Notes under the pieces: model-generated | The model's database searches: none | Told to the model about the DNA's origin: nothing | Seen by the model: only the letters and a program-made list of their open reading frames with translations | Position numbers and translations under genes: made by a program | Shown: positions 19,408 through 28,113 of the stretch, piece after piece | How the letters are laid out: every line of letters begins with the position of its first letter | How positions within the stretch are numbered: the stretch's first letter is position 1 | Assembly: GCA_944329445.1 (NCBI GenBank) | Contig: CALVIH010000002.1 | Coordinates: 8,242-72,241, forward strand | Source of the DNA: an uncultured Bacilli bacterium | Lineage (GTDB): Bacteria > Bacillota_I > Bacilli_A > RF39 > UBA660 | DNA: 64,000 nt | Direction of reading: 5' to 3'

Positions 19408-21471
19408 CTACTTACCTTTATTAGCCATTTCCTTGCTAGCTCTTATTTCAAGAACCGCCTCGTTTATGGCATCATCAATCGTTTTAATATCGTCTTCAAT
19501 CATACTATAACCAAGCGTTGCACCATATCCATACGGTAATTCGCTTAATTCTTTATAAAGTTTCCTCATGTAAGCTACAACTTTATTTTTTTCATACCCC
19601 ACCATGTATATTAAGTATTCGTTACCATCAGTTCTTATAATGTCGCTTTGTTCAAGCTGATTTCTAATTAAAATGTTTGCGGCAAGCTTGATTAACTTGT
19701 CCCCTTCTTCATGGCCATATACATCGTTAACATGACGTAAATTATTAAGGTTAACCACTATTATTGACTGAGGATATATAGCATTTGCTCCCCAACGTTT
19801 AAAGTTTTTGTTTAAATAGTTACGATTCTTAAGAGAAGTTAAAGGATCAACGTATCTCATCGTTTCTTCTCTTTTATTTTTCTTTTTGATTTTTATCTTC
19901 TTTCTTAAGAATAGCCATGCTATAAACAATACCAAAACAGCGATTAATACATAAATAAATCCATAACTTACCTCTTTCGAATCCTTGTAATAATCCTTCC
20001 ATGCAACATTATACATTTGCTTATAGTTAATTAGTTCCATATAAGTTGTAAACAAAGATTTAAAAGTACTATTTTCGTTAGTATCTCTTATTATATATCC
20101 ATATTCTAAGTTTTCTCTATCACTATATATAACACGGTAATCCGATAACCTGCTATCGTTATACATCTCATACACACTCTGGTCTAAAATAACGATACTA
20201 TCTTCATCTATTTTATTTATTAAATTACCAATTTTATCATAAGTAGTTACCTTTGCATCACCCTCTTTTTCAAGGAACTTAGCCAAGGTTGAGTTAGTCG
20301 TTATCACGTTTTTATTCCTTAAAGACTTAACCGAGTTAACAACCGTATCCGTCTTATCCTTATGAACTAATACAACGTATCTTTCATCATATGGTGAAAT
20401 CGTAGTAGTATAATCTCCACTTAAACCAGAATAATTATAATAATTTGGTGCTATATCAACTTTTCCGCTATTTAGATCATTCTTTAAATCTTTAACCGAA
20501 CGGTATTTTTTCAACGTAAATGACGCCCCAGATATTTCACTAAAAGAGTTTATATAAGTGCTATCCAATCCAATAAGTTTATTGTTTATTATGTTGGTAT
20601 AAGGTTCGTTTTCCAAATATCCAAACACGTATTTTTTACTTAAGAAATCAGCCTTTGATTTTTCTGATATGTTATTTTGGTTCATTAATAAGTTTATTAA
20701 TGACTCATCATATTTATCTTGTAAATCATTGTTTTTATATTCCAAGAATTTTTTGTTAACGATGCTAGCTAAATTTTTATCCACGTCTTTAGACGTTCTT
20801 AAAACATAAGCTTCTCTCATCTCAGTTATGTTATAAATAACATGATATTTATTCTCTAAAATAAAGGCCTCATACCTTGTCTTTGGGACTGCAATATAAT
20901 CAACATCCCCGTTTTTCATTGCATTTTGTAACTCAGAAGCATTTTGATAAGGGGTGTAAGTTACTCCGTTTTCTGATGAAATATAATAACTTACGTCCGC
21001 TAAATCATCGGATAATAATCCTATGTTTTTGTTCCTTATTTCTCCTGGTTCAGTTACCTTTAGGCTTTCCTTACTTACCAAGACATAATAATCCTTGTAA
21101 AACACCATGTCATCATCTTTTAAGTCATCTACCTCATCATGTTTTACAACTTCAAAATATATATCATTTTCCTCTAAGTCTCCAGCAGCGTCATATGGTA
21201 TTAAATTAAGTGATAAGTCAGTAGATTCTTCAAACTTATCAATAAAATCAAAGAATACTCCTTCACCTTCCATACTGAACACTGGGATATTATTTGCAAC
21301 TGATATGTTAATAACCATCTTTTTATTATTTTCAATCCATTTTTTCTCGGTTAAGTTCAAATTAGTATTAGAATCAGGTCCCTTACTAAGATTAATTAAT
21401 ACAATTAAAATAATCAATAATACTAATATAAAACCAGTGACTAACCACTTGTTACTCTTTTTCTTTCTCAT
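19408..21471 (-). CDS. Membrane sensor: two extracytoplasmic solute-binding (SBP_bac_3-like) domains, a TM helix, and a cytoplasmic GGDEF domain with a degenerate active site (DGNEY)
   Basis: GGDEF block RYVDPLTSLKNRNYL...IVVNLNNLRHVNDVYGHEEGDKLIK...IIRTDGNEYLIYM. The GG(D/E)EF position reads DGNEY. Confidence 0.6.
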   Translation of the reverse strand: MRKKKSNKWLVTGFILVLLIILIVLINLSKGPDSNTNLNLTEKKWIENNKKMVINISVANNIPVFSMEGEGVFFDFIDKFEESTDLSLNLIPYDAAGDLEENDIYFEVVKHDEVDDLKDDDMVFYKDYYVLVSKESLKVTEPGEIRNKNIGLLSDDLADVSYYISSENGVTYTPYQNASELQNAMKNGDVDYIAVPKTRYEAFILENKYHVIYNITEMREAYVLRTSKDVDKNLASIVNKKFLEYKNNDLQDKYDESLINLLMNQNNISEKSKADFLSKKYVFGYLENEPYTNIINNKLIGLDSTYINSFSEISGASFTLKKYRSVKDLKNDLNSGKVDIAPNYYNYSGLSGDYTTTISPYDERYVVLVHKDKTDTVVNSVKSLRNKNVITTNSTLAKFLEKEGDAKVTTYDKIGNLINKIDEDSIVILDQSVYEMYNDSRLSDYRVIYSDRENLEYGYIIRDTNENSTFKSLFTTYMELINYKQMYNVAWKDYYKDSKEVSYGFIYVLIAVLVLFIAWLFLRKKIKIKKKNKREETMRYVDPLTSLKNRNYLNKNFKRWGANAIYPQSIIVVNLNNLRHVNDVYGHEEGDKLIKLAANILIRNQLEQSDIIRTDGNEYLIYMVGYEKNKVVAYMRKLYKELSELPYGYGATLGYSMIEDDIKTIDDAINEAVLEIRASKEMANKGK

Positions 21472-21484
21472 CTTTTACCACCTC

Positions 21485-21955
21485 TTAAAGTACGTCAAAA
21501 CTAATTTCGGTTTTGTTTTTATGTTTATACCCCGTTACTGGATATTTTGTTGCACCATCTTGCTCTTGCTCAGAATAGAAAGTAACATCATAATATCCCT
21601 GAATCTTCTCGCTTAAAAATGATAACATCTCATTAAACTTGTTTTTCATATCATCAGTTGAAACTCCCTCATCAAAAGTAACGAAGAACTTTATTAACCT
21701 TCCCTTAATTTCTAACTTTACTTCTTTAACCCCTTCTATCTCTGATGATTTTGTTTTTATTTCACTTTTCTCATCATCAGAAATTTCATTTTGCTCTATA
21801 TCCCTTAACCTAACTCCATAAGTTGCCTTTTCGCTATTTGAATAAAATAATGACTTATATAAAACCAACAAAATAATTAGTGCAAGTATTACAATAATAC
21901 CTATTTTAACTTGTTTTTTATGGGTTTTTATAAATCTTTTAATTTTTGGTAGCAT
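21485..21955 (-). CDS. Membrane-anchored hypothetical protein
   Basis: 156-aa ORF with one N-terminal TM helix. Confidence 0.35.
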   Translation of the reverse strand: MLPKIKRFIKTHKKQVKIGIIVILALIILLVLYKSLFYSNSEKATYGVRLRDIEQNEISDDEKSEIKTKSSEIEGVKEVKLEIKGRLIKFFVTFDEGVSTDDMKNKFNEMLSFLSEKIQGYYDVTFYSEQEQDGATKYPVTGYKHKNKTEISFDVL

Positions 21956-22058
21956 TAAATCCGCCTCCTATACGATAAATATTATACTATAAATTATGTT
22001 TAATTTCCACTTTAATTAAAAAAAATAAGATACAAACTTCGTATCTTAACTTTATTAT

Positions 22059-22628
22059 TTAATTTTTATATTCGTCTTTCGTAATAGAATATGATAATAA
22101 ATCATTTCTTATTCCATCTGGATCAACGTACCTTGATCTTAATGTTCCTTCATACTTCAATCCACTTTTTATCATTACTCTACCACTTGCTGGATTTTCT
22201 GATAAATGTTCTGCACATATAACATAAGCATCACATTCGTCAAATAAGTATTTCATTACGGCTTCCAAACACTCCGTTGCATAACCTTTATTCCAGTATT
22301 TTTCACCATAACAATAACCTATTTCACAAACTCCAAACTCCAAAAACTTTTTAGATACAACATCTATTGAACCTATTATTTCTTTGGTATCTTTTATTTC
22401 AGCCACCCATTTATAAGTATCTATCTCATCATAGTTTTTTATCCATTCTTCTAATAATTTTTTCGTATCATTAACATCTTTATGAGGACTCCATGTCACA
22501 TATTTAGAAACATTAGGATTACTAGCCCAGTTGTTATACATATCATTCGCGTCTTCTATTTTAAATCTCCTTAAAATTAACCTATTCGTTTCTAACTTCT
22601 TAGTACCCTTATGTATCAATTTAATCAC
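22059..22628 (-). CDS. GNAT family N-acetyltransferase (RimJ/RimL-like)
   Basis: ETNRLILRRFKIEDANDMYNNW...VCEIGYCYGEKYWNKGYATE acetyltransferase fold motifs. Confidence 0.6.
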   Translation of the reverse strand: MIKLIHKGTKKLETNRLILRRFKIEDANDMYNNWASNPNVSKYVTWSPHKDVNDTKKLLEEWIKNYDEIDTYKWVAEIKDTKEIIGSIDVVSKKFLEFGVCEIGYCYGEKYWNKGYATECLEAVMKYLFDECDAYVICAEHLSENPASGRVMIKSGLKYEGTLRSRYVDPDGIRNDLLSYSITKDEYKN

Positions 22629-22978
22629 CTTCTTTTTAGTTTATAAATTTTTATTACTTTCATATCTTTTAAGTCATTAAAATTGCTTTTATCATATATT
22701 ATATCGTCAATTACACACATCATATGATACCAATCATTAATGTGAGCAAAAACTATATTAATATCTTTTAAACTAATATCCTTCAATAGTTTTCCTTTAA
22801 AATTATTATCTATTATAAAGCCATTTTTAAATAAATAGCCTTCAAATACAGATTCATCATTATAATTTATACCAAGTTCTTTTTTTACGAAGTTGTAATC
22901 TTTTTTTAAGGCTTTAGAAATGCTTCTTATTACGCAGGTACCATTTTCATCTACCGGATTATAATATATAACTTTCAT
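22625..22978 (-). CDS. Hypothetical protein
   Basis: 117-aa ORF overlapping the neighbouring GNAT gene by 4 nt. Confidence 0.3.
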   Translation of the reverse strand: MKVIYYNPVDENGTCVIRSISKALKKDYNFVKKELGINYNDESVFEGYLFKNGFIIDNNFKGKLLKDISLKDINIVFAHINDWYHMMCVIDDIIYDKSNFNDLKDMKVIKIYKLKRR

Positions 22979-22982
22979 ATCA

Positions 22983-23564
22983 TCAGTCCTTTACAATTAT
23001 TTTATCTTGATATTCTTTTTTACTTTCTAATGATTCTTCTACATTAATCCAATATCTGCCAAGCAAAACATCATTATCGTTTTCCTTTATCTTGTTTTCT
23101 AAAACACCATCAAAAGCCAATATAGTTTTAACGGATCCAATATTATCATCATACGCAGTAAGTAAAACTTTTTTAATGCCTAAGTTTTTACACTTTATTA
23201 AACCCAAATATAAATTTATTTTGTTATAACCCTTCATTCTTTCTTTTGGCCTTATTCCATACCCTATATGTCCTCCATGAATTAATAAAGCATCATTTAA
23301 CTTATGTCTAATATTAATCATACCTACTATCTTGTCATCATTTTCTCTAATAAGAAAATATGTGCTAGAGGGAACGAAATTATCGATTCCTTTTTTCATT
23401 TCTTCCAGGTATGATAACCATTTTTCATATGTTTTTTCTTTTATGTAAAAATCTAACTTTCCAGATCCATTAATGTTGGAACTACAATCCATATGTTCTT
23501 CAATATATTCTATTGCATCAGTTTTCCTTTTTATACTAGGTTTTTCTAAATAAAACTTTTCCAT
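22983..23564 (-). CDS. GNAT-like acetyltransferase (predicted)
   Basis: 193-aa ORF; IVGMINIRHKLNDALLIHGGHIGYGIRPKERMKGY resembles a GNAT motif A region. Confidence 0.4.
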   Translation of the reverse strand: MEKFYLEKPSIKRKTDAIEYIEEHMDCSSNINGSGKLDFYIKEKTYEKWLSYLEEMKKGIDNFVPSSTYFLIRENDDKIVGMINIRHKLNDALLIHGGHIGYGIRPKERMKGYNKINLYLGLIKCKNLGIKKVLLTAYDDNIGSVKTILAFDGVLENKIKENDNDVLLGRYWINVEESLESKKEYQDKIIVKD

Positions 23565-23599
23565 TTAAATCACCTTCTTTTAACAAATATATTTAATAA

Positions 23600-23643
23600 C
23601 ATAAAAACGGAGTCAAACTAGTAAATAATACTAGTGACTCCGT
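23600..23643 (-). terminator. Rho-independent terminator downstream of tyrS copy 1
   Basis: Inverted repeat ACGGAGTCAAACTAGTA/TACTAGTGACTCCGT followed by a U-run on the minus strand. Confidence 0.6.
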
Positions 23644-23791
23644 AATAATTACGTGTAGGCAATAACCCTTTGAGGCTAGATATAAATCATACTCAAACTC
23701 ACTTACTTGCTAATAAAATAACAAATATGATAATTCATGTCAAGTATTTCTACTAAATATTCTTTTTTTATAACTATAATGTCATATTTAA

Positions 23792-24988
23792 TTATTTTAT
23801 AACTATTTTTACAAATTTTTTCTTTCCTTTTTGAATTACAAGTTCGTTATTAACAAAATTTTTAAAAGTAATAATGGTATTAACATCATTTTCTTTTGTT
23901 CCATTTAAACTAATTCCATTTTGTCCAATCAATCTTCTTCCTTCTGACTTTGATGGAACAATTTTAGATAAGAGTAATAAATCCGGTAATGAAATACTAT
24001 TATCTATAATAGAACTTTCTACTTCTATTTCTTCAATATTATCAGGTATACCACCTTTAGCAACTGTTTTATATCTTTTTTCTGCTTGCTCTATAAGTTT
24101 TTCCTCATGATACATCTTAATTATTTCTCTGGCATACACTCTATGAGCTTCCACCACATCTTTTTCTATAATTTTTTTCGCTTTATCTAAATTTATATCT
24201 GTAGTAAGTTTAAAATAATCCATCAATACATTATCAGGAATTCTCATTGCTTTTTCATACATAATCTCAGGGCTTTCATCAACACCAATATAATTTCCTA
24301 ATGATTTACTCATCTTTTCTTTTCCGTCTAAACCCACTAATAATGGAAAACACATAACATCTTGAGGCTCTTGTCCATAATCCCTTTGCAATTCTCTTCC
24401 CACTAGCAAATTAAACGTTTGATCTGTTCCACCTATTTCTATATCCGCATGTAATGCGACAGAATCATATCCTTGCATTAATGGATATAAAAATTCATGA
24501 ATACCTATTGGAATGTTATTTTTGAATCTATTATTAAAATCGTCTCTTTCTAAGATTCTAGCAACTGTATATTTGCCAGTCAAATTAATTACATCTTTAA
24601 ATGACATTTTTGAAAGCCATTCAGAATTATAAACTATTTTAATTTTATTTGGATCTAGAATTTTAGCAACTTGCTTAAAATACGTTTCTCCATTTTTTCT
24701 GGTTTCTTCAAAACTTAGTGATGGTCTCGTTTTTGATTTGCCAGAGGGATCACCAATCATTGCAGTGAAATCTCCTATAACAAAAACAATTTCGTGACCT
24801 AATTCTTGCAATATTTTTAACGCTCTAAGTGGTACAGTATGACCTAAATGCAAATCTGGTCTAGATGGATCAGCACCAAACTTTACAACCAACTTTCTAC
24901 CACTATTTAATTTTTCAATCAAAGTATCTTTATTATGAACTTCTACTGTTCTTCTTAATATTAAATCTATTTGTTCTTTTTTATTCAT
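23792..24988 (-). CDS. tyrS: Tyrosyl-tRNA synthetase (type-2, TyrZ-like length), copy 1
   Basis: Class-I HIGH motif (PDLHLGH), KMSKS, GDPSGKSKTR tyrosine-specific block, C-terminal S4-like domain. T-box leader upstream. Confidence 0.85.
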   Translation of the reverse strand: MNKKEQIDLILRRTVEVHNKDTLIEKLNSGRKLVVKFGADPSRPDLHLGHTVPLRALKILQELGHEIVFVIGDFTAMIGDPSGKSKTRPSLSFEETRKNGETYFKQVAKILDPNKIKIVYNSEWLSKMSFKDVINLTGKYTVARILERDDFNNRFKNNIPIGIHEFLYPLMQGYDSVALHADIEIGGTDQTFNLLVGRELQRDYGQEPQDVMCFPLLVGLDGKEKMSKSLGNYIGVDESPEIMYEKAMRIPDNVLMDYFKLTTDINLDKAKKIIEKDVVEAHRVYAREIIKMYHEEKLIEQAEKRYKTVAKGGIPDNIEEIEVESSIIDNSISLPDLLLLSKIVPSKSEGRRLIGQNGISLNGTKENDVNTIITFKNFVNNELVIQKGKKKFVKIVIK

Positions 24989-24999
24989 AAATATTCCTC

Positions 25000-25235
25000 C
25001 TTCAAAAAAATACCGTGATAATTCTTATTCCATAAGGACGAATTATCGCGGTACCACCTTAATTTATGGTTAATAACCATACACTCAAAGTTATAAAGTA
25101 ACTAACTAATAAACTCATAATGTGTAATTCAAATGTATTATATGTTTAATTCCACCAAACTTAAACTCTCTAAAATATAACTAATACACTTTACTTTATC
25201 ATTAATCAGCATCTATTTAATATAAGACAATTATA
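25000..25235 (-). promoter_or_regulatory. T-box riboswitch leader (terminator/antiterminator) controlling tyrS copy 1
   Basis: Minus strand reads AAUUAAGGUGGUACCGCG at 25064..25047, against the T-box consensus AAUUAGGGUGGNACCGCG. This overlaps the 5' arm of a terminator helix (CGCGATAATTC...GAATTATCACGG) followed by UAUUUUUUU just before the RBS. An AGAGAG stem-I motif lies upstream. Confidence 0.75.
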
Positions 25236-25273
25236 TTATATCATATAATTACTCTTTTAACATTATTTTTAAA

Positions 25274-26524
25274 TTATTTTTTTATTAATTTTTTATTTAC
25301 TTCTTGGTTTTGAGCTAATCTAAACATATTTCCTTTACCAATTTGAATAATTGTTCCGTCAATTGGTTTAAATACCAAATTTTCAAACCTTTCCCCATTT
25401 AGCTTAACAGCACCTTGTTGAATTAATCTTCTAACTTCACTTTTTGATTTATACTTTCCTGTAGAAAAAATACAATCAATTAATGAATATAAATCATTTC
25501 CATCTGCTAAGTTACTATCATAATTAATAATTGGTAATTCAATATTATTCACATTCTTTTTTTGATATATTGCTTGAAAACTAGCCTCAGCTTCTTTCAA
25601 CTCTTCTTCTGAATGATATAAAGAAACTATACTTCTTGCTAAATGCATTTTAATATCTCTTGGATTTGTTTCTCCATTTTGTAATAGTTTTTGTATTGAC
25701 TTTATTTTATCAGGATGCAAATCAGTTGTTAAATTATAATAATTAATTATCAGTTCATCTGGAACTCGCATAACTTTTTCATACATAGTTTTTGCATCTT
25801 CATCAACGCCAATATAATTACCAAGTGATTTACTCATTTTTTCTTTTCCATCAAGTCCAACTAATAATGGAACAAACAAAGCGACTTGTTGTGGCTTATT
25901 AAAATATTTTTGAATATTTCTTCCTAACAAAATATTAAATGTTTGATCTGTTCCTCCCATTTCTATATCAGAATTGACAACGACAGAATCGTAAGCTTGC
26001 ATTAAAGGATAAATAAATTCATGTAACGAAATAGGTTTATGAGAATTAAATCTATTTTTGAAGTCATCTCTTTCAAGCATTCTTGCTACAGTAATATTAC
26101 TACATAAGTTTAAAACTTCCGAAAAAGATATTTTATTATACCATTCACTATTAAAATGAATTTCTGTTTTTGATTTATCTATAATTTTAAATATTTGTTC
26201 AAAATAAGTTCTGGCATTTGCTTCAACTTGTTCTTTAGTAAGTTGATTACGAGTTTTTGATTTGCCTGTTGGATCACCAATTGCACCTGTAAAATCACCA
26301 ATTATTATAACTGCTTTATGACCTAAATCTTGCAATTGTTTTATTTTTCTTAATGAAACTGCATGACCAAGATGAATATCTGGTGAAGATGGGTCCATTC
26401 CGAATTTAATTCTTAATGTTCTACCTTCATTATAGACTTCTTCAACCTTATCTCTAATAGCCTGTTCATCTACATCTGTAATTCCCTTTAATAAATATTT
26501 AATTGTTTCTTCTTTGTTAAACAC
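25274..26524 (-). CDS. Tyrosyl-tRNA synthetase paralog, copy 2 (GTG start, strong RBS AAGGGGG)
   Basis: PDIHLGH, KMSKS and GDPTGKSKTR motifs; collinear with copy 1 over the full length (about half identical by eye); no T-box upstream. Confidence 0.8.
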   Translation of the reverse strand: MFNKEETIKYLLKGITDVDEQAIRDKVEEVYNEGRTLRIKFGMDPSSPDIHLGHAVSLRKIKQLQDLGHKAVIIIGDFTGAIGDPTGKSKTRNQLTKEQVEANARTYFEQIFKIIDKSKTEIHFNSEWYNKISFSEVLNLCSNITVARMLERDDFKNRFNSHKPISLHEFIYPLMQAYDSVVVNSDIEMGGTDQTFNILLGRNIQKYFNKPQQVALFVPLLVGLDGKEKMSKSLGNYIGVDEDAKTMYEKVMRVPDELIINYYNLTTDLHPDKIKSIQKLLQNGETNPRDIKMHLARSIVSLYHSEEELKEAEASFQAIYQKKNVNNIELPIINYDSNLADGNDLYSLIDCIFSTGKYKSKSEVRRLIQQGAVKLNGERFENLVFKPIDGTIIQIGKGNMFRLAQNQEVNKKLIKK

Positions 26525-26553
26525 AAAATCCCCCCTTAATGAAAATTTGTGCT

Positions 26554-26582
26554 ATTGTAACACTTAATCTTATTTTTGTCAA
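26554..26582 (-). promoter_or_regulatory. Near-consensus sigma-A promoter for tyrS copy 2 (TTGACA-17-TACAAT)
   Basis: On the minus strand, TTGACAaaaataagattaagtgtTACAAT lies about 30 nt upstream of the GTG start. The leader is too short for a T-box. Confidence 0.55.
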
Positions 26583-26586
26583 ATTT

Positions 26587-28113
26587 AACATTTGATAGTT
26601 GTGTAAAATAGTTTGGGGAAAGAGTATGAAAAAAGGAAGACCTCTGTTAAAATGTAGTTGTACAAAACATTAGAAAGGAGTCTTCCATATGAGCATTGTA
26701 CCACAAAATTATAATAATTTGTTAAAAAATATCATTTTAAATACTTTTTCTTCTAATTTAGAAAGTATATTACATAACATCTTTGATTCTTCAAATAACG
26801 TCTTTAATTATGTTAACCTACTTTCCAATTTAGATAATTCTCTTTGTAATATTGCAAAGCAATCCCTTATCACTTGTTTTGAATCCATTGATAAATCTTT
26901 TAAATATTCTTTAGGAAGAAAACGTAAATATGAGATTAAATCTTATCATCCTAGAACTATTCTTACTGTTTTTGGTGAAATTACTTTTTATAGAACTTTC
27001 TATAAATCTAAACTAACTGGTAAAAACTTCTGTTATGTTGATAGATTATTAGGCCTTCATAAATATGACTATTTTGATCCTTATTTAAAATCTATTGTTA
27101 TTGAGTATTCTTCTTTTATTTCTTATCCTAAGGTGGCTAAATATCTTAATGATTTAATTGGTAATAGAGTATCCATTAATGATAAACAAAAATATTTTTC
27201 AAGACAAACCATCAGAAACATTATTTTAAATTCCAATCTTTCTATCGTTAATTATGATCCTAAGCCTGTTACACCAGAAACATTATACATCATCGCTGAT
27301 GAAAAATGGATTCCTACTCAAAATAATGACAATAATAAAATAATGGAAAAATCCGTTGTTATCTTTGAAGGTATTAAAAATCATAAACTTTTAAATAAAA
27401 GAATCTTCGCTTCTTATGATAATTCTTTTATAAATGATTCTTTAGATTATCTTTTTTATACTTATGACATTGATAAAATTAAAAACATTTTCGTTATGGG
27501 TGATGGTGCCAAATGGATCTATAAGTTAAAACATGAATATAAAATTGCATCTCATATAAATGTTACTTTTTGTTTAGATAAATTCCATTTTAAACAAGCC
27601 ATTCATCATATATGTTTAAACAAAGACTTAGAAGATATTCTTTCCTTTTATGTTTTAAATGATATGAAAAATGATTTCATAGATTGTTGTTCTTCTTTAA
27701 TTGATTCTTTCCCACACAGAACCGAAACTATTAACTTAAAAATGAATTACATTTTAAATAATTGGAAAAATATCAACAACTTATATTCTCATAATTTAAG
27801 TTGTCCTATGGAATCTCAAGTTTCTCATAACATCGCTGATTTATTTACCTCTAGACCTAAAGCTTATTCTGTTAATATGATTAATAAATTAATTGAAATC
27901 AGACTTCACTATAAAAATAATGATAATTTAAAAGAGTTATACTTAAATAACTTTAATTCAAGTACAACTCTTACTCTCGATAATCATTCTCTTAACTTCA
28001 ATATTTTTGATAATTTTCAATCGTATAACTTTTTAAATAACTTAATTTTTAATCCTACATTTTAACTTTTTCTATTATTTTCCCCAAAACTCTTTACATT
28101 AACATTTGATAAT
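26587..28113 (+). mobile_element. IS-like element (about 1.5 kb) bounded by imperfect terminal inverted repeats
   Basis: Left end AACATTTGATAGTTGTGTAAAATAGTTTGGGGAAAGAG (26587-26624) and right end TTTTCCCCAAAACTCTTTACATTAACATTTGATAATG (28077-28113) share an inverted TTTCCCCAAA.../...TTTGGGGAAA core and an ACATTTGATA block. A single transposase ORF lies inside. Confidence 0.4.
26689..28065 (+). CDS. Putative DDE transposase (ISLre2/UPF0236-like)
   Basis: 458 aa. YIIADEKWIPTQ and MGDGAKWIYK blocks resemble DDE-transposase catalytic motifs of the ISLre2/UPF0236 type. An 11-bp inverted repeat GGAAGACCTCT/AGGAGTCTTCC spans its RBS. Confidence 0.45.
   Translation: MSIVPQNYNNLLKNIILNTFSSNLESILHNIFDSSNNVFNYVNLLSNLDNSLCNIAKQSLITCFESIDKSFKYSLGRKRKYEIKSYHPRTILTVFGEITFYRTFYKSKLTGKNFCYVDRLLGLHKYDYFDPYLKSIVIEYSSFISYPKVAKYLNDLIGNRVSINDKQKYFSRQTIRNIILNSNLSIVNYDPKPVTPETLYIIADEKWIPTQNNDNNKIMEKSVVIFEGIKNHKLLNKRIFASYDNSFINDSLDYLFYTYDIDKIKNIFVMGDGAKWIYKLKHEYKIASHINVTFCLDKFHFKQAIHHICLNKDLEDILSFYVLNDMKNDFIDCCSSLIDSFPHRTETINLKMNYILNNWKNINNLYSHNLSCPMESQVSHNIADLFTSRPKAYSVNMINKLIEIRLHYKNNDNLKELYLNNFNSSTTLTLDNHSLNFNIFDNFQSYNFLNNLIFNPTF

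Noticed and set aside
23565-23791. Possible small RNA or riboswitch in the 227-bp gap downstream of tyrS copy 1
   Set aside because: The only structure I could identify is the tyrS terminator hairpin. The rest is unstructured AT-rich promoter DNA for the GNAT-like gene.
26525-26688. A second T-box upstream of tyrS copy 2
   Set aside because: No AAUUAGGGUGG-like box, no terminator/antiterminator pair, and the leader is only about 30 nt. Instead there is a consensus promoter.
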